This document shows, one piece after another, positions 1 through 7,753 of a stretch of DNA of 49,337 bases. Both the position numbers and the translations under genes were made by a program. The stretch lies in sequence record OR861627.1, one strand, 5' to 3'. This stretch comes from Escherichia phage phiD2-2. Under the pieces are notes generated by a model. It made no database searches and was not told the origin of the DNA. It was given only the letters and a program-made list of their open reading frames with translations. Position 1 is the first letter of the stretch. Each line of letters opens with the position of its first letter.

Positions 1-39
1 GATTCATCTATCGTCCAGAAATGACAGGATCGCACTAAT
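1..39 (+). CDS. 3' end of an upstream gene truncated by the window edge
   Basis: Open frame from window start to TAA at about 37-39, with the stop inside the first boundary palindrome as at other gene ends. Confidence 0.3.
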
Positions 40-101
40 TGATAAAAACGCCCGAAGGGATTCGGGTATAGTAACCACATCGAAAACAAAGAGGATATAT
101 C
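29..101 (+). promoter_or_regulatory. gene-boundary cassette (degenerate palindrome, GC hairpin, TATAGT, leader)
   Basis: ATCGCACTAATTGATAAAAAC, CCCGAAgggaTTCGGG, TATAGT, CATCGAAAACAAAGAGG, ATG. Confidence 0.5.
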
Positions 102-278
102 ATGAAGCGAGTTAAGTGCATCCGAAATGACTCCAAAACACTTCCATTCCGCGTAAATCAGATCTATAGTGTTGGTTATGATTTCGGTGGGGGATTATTT
201 GAGATTTACGACGGGCGAGGTTCAGCAATTCAGGCTCCTCTGAACGGTAGCTATCTGGAATTTATTGCGATAGATTAA
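102..278 (+). CDS. hypothetical small protein (58 aa)
   Basis: ATG at 102 with AAGAGGA about 8 nt upstream, TAA at 276-278; below the track cutoff, hand-translated MKRVKCIRND...EFIAID. Confidence 0.45.
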   Translation: MKRVKCIRNDSKTLPFRVNQIYSVGYDFGGGLFEIYDGRGSAIQAPLNGSYLEFIAID

Positions 279-297
279 CAATATCATTCATCACCTT

Positions 298-333
298 ACA
301 GGCTGGCATGATTTACATGCTAGCCTTTTTGCG
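298..333 (+). terminator. rho-independent terminator
   Basis: Stem GGCTGGCATG/CATGCTAGCC then TTTTT. Confidence 0.55.
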
Positions 334-396
334 TTGTATCAAGTAAATTTGAAGGTTAAAATCGACTCACTTGTTCAAAAAATATATGGTGAGATT

Positions 397-612
397 ATGA
401 AAGAATTTTTAACAGCAGCTACGTCAAGCACGGGCGGTGCTTCATTAGTCGGGGCCGCTACCGGGCAACTTTATATTGCTGGCGCTACATTCATTTGCTT
501 TCTGCTTTTTGGTGCCTGGGGTGCATACTGGAAGTATCGTGATAGTAAGGCAATTCAGGAAGCGTTAAACGATGGCGATCTAAATAAGGCGCTTAAGATC
601 AGGGGGAGATAA
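397..612 (+). CDS. putative holin (71 aa, one TM helix)
   Basis: Sits directly upstream of the lysozyme with stop overlapping its start; hydrophobic core [21 protein letters not shown] and charged C-terminus. Track start 334 is an upstream in-frame alternative; ATG at 397 has GGTGAG upstream. Confidence 0.55.
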   Translation: MKEFLTAATSSTGGASLVGAATGQLYIAGATFICFLLFGAWGAYWKYRDSKAIQEALNDGDLNKALKIRGR

Positions 613-1100
613 TGAGCTTAAAAAATAACGTTATAGGCGCATCGATCGGGGCTGCTTTGACGTTGACACCCACCCTACTGGAACGAATCGAAGGTATAGA
701 ATACGAGGTGTATTACGATATAGCCGGAGTCCCTACCGTATGCAGCGGAATAACCGGGCCGGACGTCATACCTGGTAAGAAATACACTAAGCGAGAATGC
801 GATGCATTGCTGATAAAACATATCGGCGTCGCTCAGCGATACGTTGACAAAAAGGTGAATGTTGATATTCCGGTAACGATGCGCGCGTCACTGTACAGCT
901 TCACTTTCAACGTTGGAACTGGCGCGTTCGGATCTTCTACAATGCTTAAGCTAATAAATCAGAGTAAGCACAAGGAAGCGTGCAATCAGTTATGGCGATG
1001 GGTATACTACTACAACCCAAAAACCAAAAAGCGAGAAGTGTCTAGAGGACTCAAGAACCGACGCGCTGAAGAATACGCGTATTGCGTTAAGGAATTATGA
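612..1100 (+). CDS. endolysin, T4-lysozyme-like (GH24) with N-terminal SAR signal-anchor
   Basis: N-terminal weakly hydrophobic segment [16 protein letters not shown] followed by E-x8-D-x5-T catalytic spacing ([26 protein letters not shown]); 162 aa. Confidence 0.8.
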   Translation: MSLKNNVIGASIGAALTLTPTLLERIEGIEYEVYYDIAGVPTVCSGITGPDVIPGKKYTKRECDALLIKHIGVAQRYVDKKVNVDIPVTMRASLYSFTFNVGTGAFGSSTMLKLINQSKHKEACNQLWRWVYYYNPKTKKREVSRGLKNRRAEEYAYCVKEL

Positions 1101-1501
1101 TGAAACTGAAGAAAACGTGCATTGCGATTACAGTGGCTGTTGGTGTTATTTCTCTATCCGGTTGCTCTACGGCATCTGCCCTGAGCGGTTTAATCGGATC
1201 TAAACCGGAAGTTACAGCACAAATCGGAGAGGAGAACACAAAGCAATTAGCAGGAGTAACCGCAAAATCCGAAGATAAGCGAGATGTTAAAGTTGAGAAG
1301 TCCAATGTAGGAAAGATTGACTCTTCCTTGAAGAAGTCAATTGAAGTGTCAACCATTAAGGCTAACACGGTTAACGCTGAAAGCATCACAATAACAAAGC
1401 CAGAAAACTGGTACGATGCAATTGTAGGATGGACTCTCGTTTTCATTGGCCTATTGCTGGTTTATTTTTCAATTCGTAAGGACGAAAAAAAAGGAGGCTA
1501 A
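1097..1501 (+). CDS. unimolecular spanin (T1 gp11-like lipoprotein with C-terminal TM anchor)
   Basis: Signal peptide plus lipobox (VISLSGCS) and a single C-terminal TM helix ([15 protein letters not shown]); overlaps endolysin stop (ATGA). Confidence 0.7.
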   Translation: MMKLKKTCIAITVAVGVISLSGCSTASALSGLIGSKPEVTAQIGEENTKQLAGVTAKSEDKRDVKVEKSNVGKIDSSLKKSIEVSTIKANTVNAESITITKPENWYDAIVGWTLVFIGLLLVYFSIRKDEKKGG

Positions 1502-1516
1502 GCCTCCTTTTCTTTT
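1486..1516. terminator. bidirectional rho-independent terminator between spanin and leftward operon
   Basis: A-run, stem AGGAGGCT/AGCCTCCT, T-run; both convergent genes end here. Confidence 0.7.
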
Positions 1517-1856
1517 ATGCATCTGCCCACATGTAACTCTCGTTAGTGAGTTTTGCATATTCTCGAACTTCAAACTCGCAAGTGTCACCGTACATCTCAG
1601 CAACCTTCTTCTCGTTAGCTACCGCTGATTCTTCGGTCCACCCATCAGCTTTACTGTAAAGAGTAGGAATCTCACTGCTAGTACCGTTTGAGTGATTGTA
1701 AACGCGAACTACTAAAAATTTGTTAGCCGTGATGTTTTCCTTCAGGTCGTTTCGTTTCGATGAAACAAATATACCCGATGCGAGATCGGGTGTTTTAACA
1801 AAAAGTGCTATTTGTACCTTTTTACGTGAAGGAGTAACTCCCCCTCCTTGTCGCAA
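1515..1856 (-). CDS. hypothetical protein; true start unclear
   Basis: Track ORF starts at a TTG; a boundary cassette lies inside the ORF at 1792-1810 and the codon at the expected start position after its AAGGAA RBS reads ATC, not ATG. Confidence 0.3.
   Translation of the reverse strand: MRQGGGVTPSRKKVQIALFVKTPDLASGIFVSSKRNDLKENITANKFLVVRVYNHSNGTSSEIPTLYSKADGWTEESAVANEKKVAEMYGDTCEFEVREYAKLTNESYMWADA
1714..1810 (-). promoter_or_regulatory. gene-boundary cassette lacking a canonical start codon
   Basis: TAGCACTTTTTGTTAAAAC, hairpin, TATATT, ATCGAAACGA, AAGGAA, then ATC where ATG is expected. Confidence 0.45.
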
Positions 1857-1919
1857 AGATTATGCTCGCTTTCGTTACTGGCCCTCATTGAAGTGAGTAA
1901 CAGACTCAACAACCCTTGC

Positions 1920-2327
1920 TCAAATTCTTCTTTCGTAAGCTGGAGCCTTGCGCACAATTCGACGTTCCGATCTATCAATGTTTCTACGTTCGCCAAACAA
2001 ATCTTCATCACTCATCTCTCCAATGTGCATCATTTCCCACGTATACCGATTGTTGTAGCCATCAATACACATCAGCTTCATCATTACCGGGCGCTTAATC
2101 TTTCCCTTGCACCAGTAAACTCCATCCTTGCGATCTAAGTAACCCTCAGTCACGCAACGAGCGCAAAACTCCTTAGATAGCGCGCTTGTAAATTCACGGC
2201 GAGTCATTCCAGCAGCCTTAGCAAATCGCTCACTTTCCTTGTGGGCGTATATAAATTTCGCTATGTGCTGTCGAGTGTATTTGTCGTAACCTTCGCAGAA
2301 TATGAACAGATCTAGAAGAAGCAGCAT
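1920..2327 (-). CDS. hypothetical protein (135 aa)
   Basis: Track ORF; start 4 nt after the stop of the upstream gene, suggesting translational coupling. Confidence 0.45.
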   Translation of the reverse strand: MLLLLDLFIFCEGYDKYTRQHIAKFIYAHKESERFAKAAGMTRREFTSALSKEFCARCVTEGYLDRKDGVYWCKGKIKRPVMMKLMCIDGYNNRYTWEMMHIGEMSDEDLFGERRNIDRSERRIVRKAPAYERRI

Positions 2328-2331
2328 ATCA

Positions 2332-3900
2332 TTAACCCATCAGCCGAGGATTAATGAAAACAATATCATCAATCCGGCAAGTGTAGTTCATCTCTTCGAG
2401 CGTGATAAGAAGACTATCGATTCGCTCAGATACTTTCTGTTGACCGTTGAAAGGCGTAACGTTCCGGCACTTTGCAACGATGCTATGAATAGGTGCGCGG
2501 CCTTTGTTTTTCTTCGCGATCTCAGTGATAACATCAATCAGCTTACGAGATTCAGCCTCATCACCAGCATACCCGGCAGCGCTGGCAGACGACAGATAAG
2601 TCCTGGAAAGCTCATTGAAGATCATGATTGCTTCCTGCATTGTTTCAAGGTCAATCTCACGGTTGGAACGGTTCGGTGATTCACCCTCCCAATTCTTGAT
2701 CGTGTGGAGAACTGAAGCAATACGCAAGGCGTGCTTATCGAACTTGCCGAGATGACCGCGTAGCATTGAGTGAGAGTATTTCCCACCTGCGGCGAAATCC
2801 GGTTCCATCGCCTGACGCGCAAGGTTTAATTCACGCATAGCATTACGGCTTACAGAGAGAACAACGTTTTCCTCCTTCATGATGTTGTGAACGAGTCTGT
2901 AATATTTGCTAACCAGTCCTCGATCGACTTCTTTATACAATGCATCACCATTTTCATCACAAAGAATACGAGTACCTAAAAGCGGTTCCTCGCGAACTAA
3001 CAGGAAGCGCTCAGATACACCGATACCTCGTTGGCCTGCGTCCATGATACCTTTGATTGTTTCATCCTGCGCAATTACGCAGATCGAGCCAACCGGGCAA
3101 AGAGACAAGTTGTTGTCCTGATTGGAGCGAGCGACCTCCATATGGTTTTTATCCCACGCCTTAAGAATAAGCTCACTGTTAGATTTCTTATCTGAACCTC
3201 CATACGTAAGACCGAGCAATGTATTGATTGCCGTTGCCTCATCAGAAATTACGGAAAAGTGGCCCTGAACAGCGGCTACTTTCGCAAGACCTTCAGGTGT
3301 AGGATCTGATACAGCAAAAACAATATCAGCCATCTTTTTGATCTTCTCTTCCAGTTTTTCTTTGTCCTCGTATAGTGCCGCAGTCGTGTTTCCTTTAGGA
3401 TCATTCTTGATTTCCTTCTCAACCTGGCGTAGCTGACTGGTTAAACGAATACGTTCCTTTTTGCGCTCTTCATTCAGTCGCTGAATCTCCGCACGCATAG
3501 GTGTAATCGCCGCTGAGTTAATCGCGGACTTACCTGTTGATGGTGGCTGGCTGATTACCATGTAAAGCGCGGTCGGCTGTTCCTCTCCGTGATATTGCAC
3601 CCAAAACTTCCCGAGCATCGCGGCTGAGATGCAACCTATAAAATGAGCATACGCGGATGAAACCGGGAACTGGACTGATTCAGCTTTTGCTTTTGCATAT
3701 TCGAATACCAGGTTATCGCCACCTAACGAAATCAGAGGGAACTTATCGTTGCCGCTATTGATATCGATCGGATCTTGCCAAAATGAAACTGAGTCACCAT
3801 AGCTGTTTTCACGAATTGCGATCGCCACCGGATTAACTCCAGTGCTATTGGCGATCTCAATAATCTGTTGGTAATTCAGTTTTGGCTTAATATTAAACAT
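2332..3900 (-). CDS. P-loop NTPase, DUF3987-like putative replication/helicase-associated protein
   Basis: Walker-A-like PPSTGKS, long coiled-coil insert, acidic VISDEAT Walker-B-like stretch; ATG (MFNIKPK) preceded by AAGGAG. Family assignment is from memory of the architecture. Confidence 0.45.
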   Translation of the reverse strand: MFNIKPKLNYQQIIEIANSTGVNPVAIAIRENSYGDSVSFWQDPIDINSGNDKFPLISLGGDNLVFEYAKAKAESVQFPVSSAYAHFIGCISAAMLGKFWVQYHGEEQPTALYMVISQPPSTGKSAINSAAITPMRAEIQRLNEERKKERIRLTSQLRQVEKEIKNDPKGNTTAALYEDKEKLEEKIKKMADIVFAVSDPTPEGLAKVAAVQGHFSVISDEATAINTLLGLTYGGSDKKSNSELILKAWDKNHMEVARSNQDNNLSLCPVGSICVIAQDETIKGIMDAGQRGIGVSERFLLVREEPLLGTRILCDENGDALYKEVDRGLVSKYYRLVHNIMKEENVVLSVSRNAMRELNLARQAMEPDFAAGGKYSHSMLRGHLGKFDKHALRIASVLHTIKNWEGESPNRSNREIDLETMQEAIMIFNELSRTYLSSASAAGYAGDEAESRKLIDVITEIAKKNKGRAPIHSIVAKCRNVTPFNGQQKVSERIDSLLITLEEMNYTCRIDDIVFINPRLMG

Positions 3901-3972
3901 CACAATAAACTCCTTGGTTGACGGTGTAAATGATACACCGCCAATGGTACACGCGTTTTGCAAAAAGTGCTA
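3901..3972 (-). promoter_or_regulatory. gene-boundary cassette upstream of the DUF3987-like gene
   Basis: TAGCACTTTTTGCAAAAC, hairpin CGGTGTA/TACACCG around TATCAT, CCAAGGAG leader. Confidence 0.5.
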
Positions 3973-3976
3973 TTGG

Positions 3977-4393
3977 TTATAAGTATTTGGCCTCAAAGGT
4001 TGTGCCGTCAGCTATGCTAAAACCGATCTCTTCGCGAAACAATGTCCAACGGCAACCATCCTCATCAAAAATATAACCAGCTACGCCGCCGAGAGCGCGA
4101 CCGCTTTCCACCTGGTAACGCTTGCCAAGTTTGAATGATTTTTTCATCGGATTACGATGGTCAAGCCCGGTGCACTTGAGCGTCTTTGTTTTCAACTCAG
4201 CGAACTTCGCGAAGAAGATTTCATCAGATCCGTGAATCTGTAATTCATCATGCTTTTCAAGTTTTAAATACTTTCCGCATTTTAATTTTACTTCGCGAGT
4301 GCCATCATAGCGCTCACGACCTTTGTACAGGTTGTTTACTTCAAATCCTGTGATTTTATCTGCGGAAGTACATTTAAGTTTGATGGATTTCAT
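3977..4393 (-). CDS. hypothetical protein (138 aa)
   Basis: Track ORF preceded by conserved leader CCAATCAGGAG and a boundary cassette. Confidence 0.6.
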   Translation of the reverse strand: MKSIKLKCTSADKITGFEVNNLYKGRERYDGTREVKLKCGKYLKLEKHDELQIHGSDEIFFAKFAELKTKTLKCTGLDHRNPMKKSFKLGKRYQVESGRALGGVAGYIFDEDGCRWTLFREEIGFSIADGTTFEAKYL

Positions 4394-4472
4394 TGCGTTA
4401 GCTCCTGATTGGTTATCTTGAATAAGGTCACTTTATCAAATGACCTTACGGCAATATTAACAAATCGTGCTA
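4394..4472 (-). promoter_or_regulatory. gene-boundary cassette
   Basis: TAGCACGATTTGTTAA, hairpin AAGGTCA/TGACCTT enclosing TGaTAAAGT, CCAATCAGGAG leader. Confidence 0.5.
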
Positions 4473-4473
4473 T

Positions 4474-4686
4474 TTACCAGGGAATATAATCGTCGTCGTC
4501 ATTATCACCAGTATCATCGCCTGGCATATCGAAGTCGGGATTATATTCACTTTCTGCGTCCATATCCATATTCCCTAGCGCGTCGTCAAGCGTAATTTCT
4601 TTATATGCAACCTTGATACACCATTCCGCACCAAGCCCGGCATCGAGCGCTGCAAAATAACGAGTCCAGAAATTATCCTGTTCCAT
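4474..4686 (-). CDS. small highly acidic protein (70 aa)
   Basis: GGAG 8 nt upstream of ATG; C-terminal half is strongly acidic (DMDAESEYNPDFDMPGDDTGDNDDDDYIPW). Confidence 0.55.
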   Translation of the reverse strand: MEQDNFWTRYFAALDAGLGAEWCIKVAYKEITLDDALGNMDMDAESEYNPDFDMPGDDTGDNDDDDYIPW

Positions 4687-4689
4687 TAA

Positions 4690-4914
4690 TTAGCTCCATG
4701 AATTAATGTAAATCGAGTTATCCTCAAGCGTTGCGCGAACATCCGCATCTGTTGCATTTATCAGTCGAGATCCCGGTACACTTCCGATAACGCTATTTCC
4801 GTTACGCGTCTTAGTTACCGTCATTGAAATAAAACCGGAAGACTTATCCATCTTGATAACTACACGGCCTTTTGCGTTAAGATGCTTGATGATATTCTCA
4901 ACTTTAATGCTCAT
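4690..4914 (-). CDS. hypothetical protein (74 aa)
   Basis: Track ORF with AGGAA RBS and its own boundary cassette upstream. Confidence 0.55.
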   Translation of the reverse strand: MSIKVENIIKHLNAKGRVVIKMDKSSGFISMTVTKTRNGNSVIGSVPGSRLINATDADVRATLEDNSIYINSWS

Positions 4915-4993
4915 TTTTAATTCCTTTGTTTTGTTTGGTGTGTGAGTAATATACCTTACTCACTATTTATTGTCTTTAGCAATTAGTGCTATC
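4915..4993 (-). promoter_or_regulatory. gene-boundary cassette
   Basis: TAGCACTAATTGCTAAA, hairpin GTGAGTAA/TTACTCAC enclosing TATATT, AGGAA RBS. Confidence 0.5.
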
Positions 4994-5131
4994 AGTACTC
5001 GGAAATTACTTGGCACTCCTTGATTGTTCCACCTAGAACTACTTTCTGCATCATTGCTTTTTGGTGACTATCGTAAACGCGAACATTTTTTACGCTGTTA
5101 AATTTGCCAGTATAGAAAGTGTGAATATAAA

Positions 5132-5452
5132 TCATTTTTTACCGTCCCAGGTTTGATACGCCGTCACAAGGTTAATGCTATGGTCAAACTCGTCAATGCT
5201 AAGCGAACCTATTCGAACCAGTTCTTTATCATGCTTAATATCAATCATCCGGCTATATGGATGACCTGGCACGTATTTGAACAGTCGCTTGCTGTCAGCA
5301 ATGTCGGCGTTGATTCCATAGAATCGGCCTACTGCCGCCTTCACGCGCTCCATGATGTTTTTTTCGTGGATTGCTGCCGCGTTATTAAGCGCCGCAACCG
5401 TGCTTCCGTTAATCTTCGGTGACTTCGTTGTGATTTTATAAGTGTGGTTCAT
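5132..5452 (-). CDS. hypothetical protein (about 107 aa)
   Basis: Track ORF trimmed to internal ATG (MNHTYK) with GGGGGA RBS, which removes the overlap with the upstream gene. Confidence 0.5.
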   Translation of the reverse strand: MNHTYKITTKSPKINGSTVAALNNAAAIHEKNIMERVKAAVGRFYGINADIADSKRLFKYVPGHPYSRMIDIKHDKELVRIGSLSIDEFDHSINLVTAYQTWDGKK

Positions 5453-5468
5453 TATTCCCCCTAACCAG

Positions 5469-5669
5469 TCAGGATAGCTTTCTCGCTTCATCAATGATAA
5501 CAGGTTCAAGACGCTCAAGTCTAACGCGGAACGTGTTCATAAATCCTTCGTTATTCTTCAGTAGCTCGAATGCGTCTGTTGCCTCAATTGCGCTATTTCC
5601 CATGTAGGCAACTACGCTCTTTTGCGTCCTGCGTGAGATCGCAACCACGCGGTAAATATTATCACTCAT
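5469..5669 (-). CDS. hypothetical protein (about 66 aa)
   Basis: Track ORF trimmed to ATG (MSDNIYRV) with GGAGG 6 nt upstream; ATGAGTGA overlap with upstream stop. Confidence 0.5.
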   Translation of the reverse strand: MSDNIYRVVAISRRTQKSVVAYMGNSAIEATDAFELLKNNEGFMNTFRVRLERLEPVIIDEARKLS

Positions 5670-6033
5670 ATAATGCCTCCTTGACGCGACCCGCAATGCA
5701 GGAGTTGACGGTGATTGAGTAGTTAGCCACACCCCACAATGCAATATTGCCAAGTTCAGTGCGCATTGATGGATTGTTAAGCTGGATTATCATCTCTCCA
5801 GTATCGTTATCTACGAAACGAGACGCGCCAGAATGGTCCGCCACGCGCGTTACTCGGTTCACGCACTCCATTGCATCACTTACACCGTAATAAGCGCTTA
5901 GAGCGGCTCTCACTGCCTTCTCTTGCTTGTTGTAAATCTTGCGCGCAATGTTCTCGATCGCTACGTTCTCTTTCTCGTCAGTCTGGATTGCTGTGCTTGC
6001 TGAGAAGTCCAGGTCTACGAATTGTTTAAGCAT
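5662..6033 (-). CDS. hypothetical protein (123 aa)
   Basis: Track ORF preceded by a full boundary cassette. Confidence 0.6.
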   Translation of the reverse strand: MLKQFVDLDFSASTAIQTDEKENVAIENIARKIYNKQEKAVRAALSAYYGVSDAMECVNRVTRVADHSGASRFVDNDTGEMIIQLNNPSMRTELGNIALWGVANYSITVNSCIAGRVKEALYE

Positions 6034-6108
6034 GGTGATTGCCTCGTTTTCTGTTGATGGGAGAACTATAGCAGCCCTCCCGCATTTTCGTTTAGCAAAA
6101 AGTGCTAT
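6034..6108 (-). promoter_or_regulatory. gene-boundary cassette
   Basis: TAGCACTTTTTGCTAAA, hairpin GGGAG/CTCCC enclosing TGcTATAGT, ATCAACAGAAAACGAGG leader. Confidence 0.55.
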
Positions 6109-6294
6109 TTAGAATTTTACATCTTCAACAAGCTCAACCATTTTGTAACCAAGTCGATAGGAGTCCCCGAACAATAACAGACCCATAAATTCATCGTTGG
6201 TTATTGACTCCTTGCCAACAGTTTTAAGCTCTCCGTTGTGAATCACGGTATCGCCGATCTTGATTTCTGATTTATGAACTAATTTTGTTTTCAT
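6109..6294 (-). CDS. hypothetical protein (61 aa)
   Basis: Track ORF immediately downstream of 6310-6495 in the same operon. Confidence 0.45.
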   Translation of the reverse strand: MKTKLVHKSEIKIGDTVIHNGELKTVGKESITNDEFMGLLLFGDSYRLGYKMVELVEDVKF

Positions 6295-6309
6295 TTACTG
6301 GCCTGTTAA

Positions 6310-6495
6310 TTAGAAGAAAGATACGTAATTTGCAATACCTTTAGCGTCGTCGTTAGGCATTGCCTTGATAGCCAGGTCATAACCAGCCTCGACCTTTTGC
6401 CTTGCTGATTCTTCGCTGTATCCCCATATAACCAGAATTTTAACTACGTTTTCTTTGTTCAGGACTTTAAGGTCTTTAGTGATGCGACGTGACAT
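6310..6495 (-). CDS. hypothetical protein (about 61 aa)
   Basis: Track ORF 6310..6543 starts at GTG; internal ATG (MSRRITKD) has GAGGAA 8 nt upstream and fits the cassette leader. Confidence 0.5.
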   Translation of the reverse strand: MSRRITKDLKVLNKENVVKILVIWGYSEESARQKVEAGYDLAIKAMPNDDAKGIANYVSFF

Positions 6496-6573
6496 TTTGT
6501 TTTTCCTCAATCTCGTTTCGATGAGGTAATTATGCCAAATCACACCGATCGAGTTTTAACAAAAAATGCTATC
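6496..6573 (-). promoter_or_regulatory. gene-boundary cassette
   Basis: ATAGCATTTTTTGTTAAAA, TATAAT, TACCTCATCGAAACGAG, GAGGAA. Confidence 0.5.
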
Positions 6574-6712
6574 AGCAATCGCTTTGAAAAATCCACGAGG
6601 ATATAAGGAACGTATCAGCTTCGTTTTGGCAGACTTGCCGCCCAGCTTGTTTTGCTGTGCAGAGTACCCGTCAGGCAGGCTTACAGGTTTTCTCTCGGGC
6701 ATGACAAAATCG

Positions 6713-7261
6713 TCAGAGGTCCCAAAGACAAGTTTTCTTCGGGTAAGCATCTCGCGGCGCAATATACATCGGGAACCAGGGGTGTGAGTCATTCTCAGGA
6801 AGATAGCCGCCATACTCCCAGGGATTGAAGGAGTGATTTGGTTTTCTCCACGCAGACGACAGGGCGCTCACCGGATTCTCAATGATGTAAGTCACGCCCA
6901 GGCTATCTCCAATGTTCGCAGCAATCCGGGCACTAGCGACAGCCTTCTCCTGGAATAACGGATCGCGTTCACGCTTGCTGGCAAAGTGTCGCGCACCACT
7001 AACAGCCAGGTCAGTGCACGGCGGGAAAGCCATAATGAAATCCGGCTTGCCATACACGCCAGCGATAGCATCACGTTCGAACGTTTCATCAATGAACACG
7101 TTCACATACTCAATGTTCGGATGCTCCACTCTGGCATTGTACTTTTCGTAATCTCCGTGATCGGCTCCGTCAAAGTTGAAGCACATCACCTTATGACCTT
7201 GCTTAGCCAGTTCATGACCTGCAAGACCGGAACCGTCAAATAGCGACCAGATTAATTTCAT
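6713..7261 (-). CDS. DNA cytosine-C5 methyltransferase-like protein, unusually short (182 aa), possibly frameshifted
   Basis: Motif I-like LFDGSGL, motif IV-like FPPCTDLAVSG (PC dipeptide, Q replaced by T), motif VI-like IIENPV; AAGAGG RBS. Overlapping frame 6556..6813 carries an RRKLVFG stretch that resembles motif VIII. Confidence 0.5.
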   Translation of the reverse strand: MKLIWSLFDGSGLAGHELAKQGHKVMCFNFDGADHGDYEKYNARVEHPNIEYVNVFIDETFERDAIAGVYGKPDFIMAFPPCTDLAVSGARHFASKRERDPLFQEKAVASARIAANIGDSLGVTYIIENPVSALSSAWRKPNHSFNPWEYGGYLPENDSHPWFPMYIAPRDAYPKKTCLWDL

Positions 7262-7470
7262 TTCGTTACCTCTTTGAATACCGTCTGCCCGTTATTGGTC
7301 AGGAAGCGATCCCATCCATTCATTGAGCGGAAAACGCCGATCTGATTTTGCTGATTGTCAGTAGCGAAGTACCCACCATCAATAAGGTAGATCTCATACA
7401 CTGATTGATTCGTGAAGCTGTCGGTGCTAACGCTAATGCATTGCACGGCACATTCAAATTTTGGTTCCAT
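7258..7470 (-). CDS. hypothetical protein (70 aa), first gene of the leftward early operon
   Basis: Track ORF preceded by CCAATCAGAGGAAT leader and cassette; stop overlaps the methyltransferase-like gene start. Confidence 0.55.
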   Translation of the reverse strand: MEPKFECAVQCISVSTDSFTNQSVYEIYLIDGGYFATDNQQNQIGVFRSMNGWDRFLTNNGQTVFKEVTK

Positions 7471-7546
7471 TGCGTGATTCCTCTGATTGGTTGATGAGGT
7501 GAATCATACCCGATCGGCAGGACTGATGTGTGGCAAAAAATGCTAT
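7471..7546 (-). promoter_or_regulatory. gene-boundary cassette heading the leftward early operon
   Basis: ATAGCATTTTTTGCC, TATGAT, CATCAACCAATCAGAGGAAT leader. Confidence 0.5.
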
Positions 7547-7615
7547 TCCAATAGTTGCTCATTATTCCACCAGCAATGGAATATCTGGAATAATTGCGAT
7601 CCCGATTGATCTAGA

Positions 7616-7690
7616 ATGATGAAATGTGATTGTTGCATGATGTGCAACTGTTGATGTGATTGTTGCTTGGAATGCAATGATTGTGAGAGG
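7616..7690. repeat. tandem operator-like units (GTGATTGTTGC with TTGCA-N5-TGCAA inverted repeat)
   Basis: Two about 30-bp units; first contains perfect TTGCATGATGTGCAA. Confidence 0.5.
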
Positions 7691-7733
7691 GAGGATCTAG
7701 TGTTACCCGGTTCGTCTGGTAGTCATCTCCATT

Positions 7734-7753
7734 TTTAGCAAAAAGTGCTATCG
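7734..7753. repeat. boundary palindrome copy at the edge of the AT-rich hub
   Basis: TTTTAGCAAAAAGTGCTATC. Confidence 0.5.

Noticed and set aside
1087-1446. Antisense ORF opposite the spanin gene, and similar antisense or out-of-frame track ORFs (for example 8200-8415, 12568-12909, 17545-17790, 18488-18826, 28001-28261, 30235-30522, 44743-45426, 46055-46330)
   Set aside because: Each lies wholly inside a well-supported gene on the other strand or frame, with no RBS and low-complexity translation; treated as chance ORFs.
7616-7654. Twelve-codon Cys-rich micro-ORF (MMKCDCCMMCNC) inside the hub repeats
   Set aside because: No RBS and the Cys codons are a by-product of the TGTGATTGTTGC DNA repeat.
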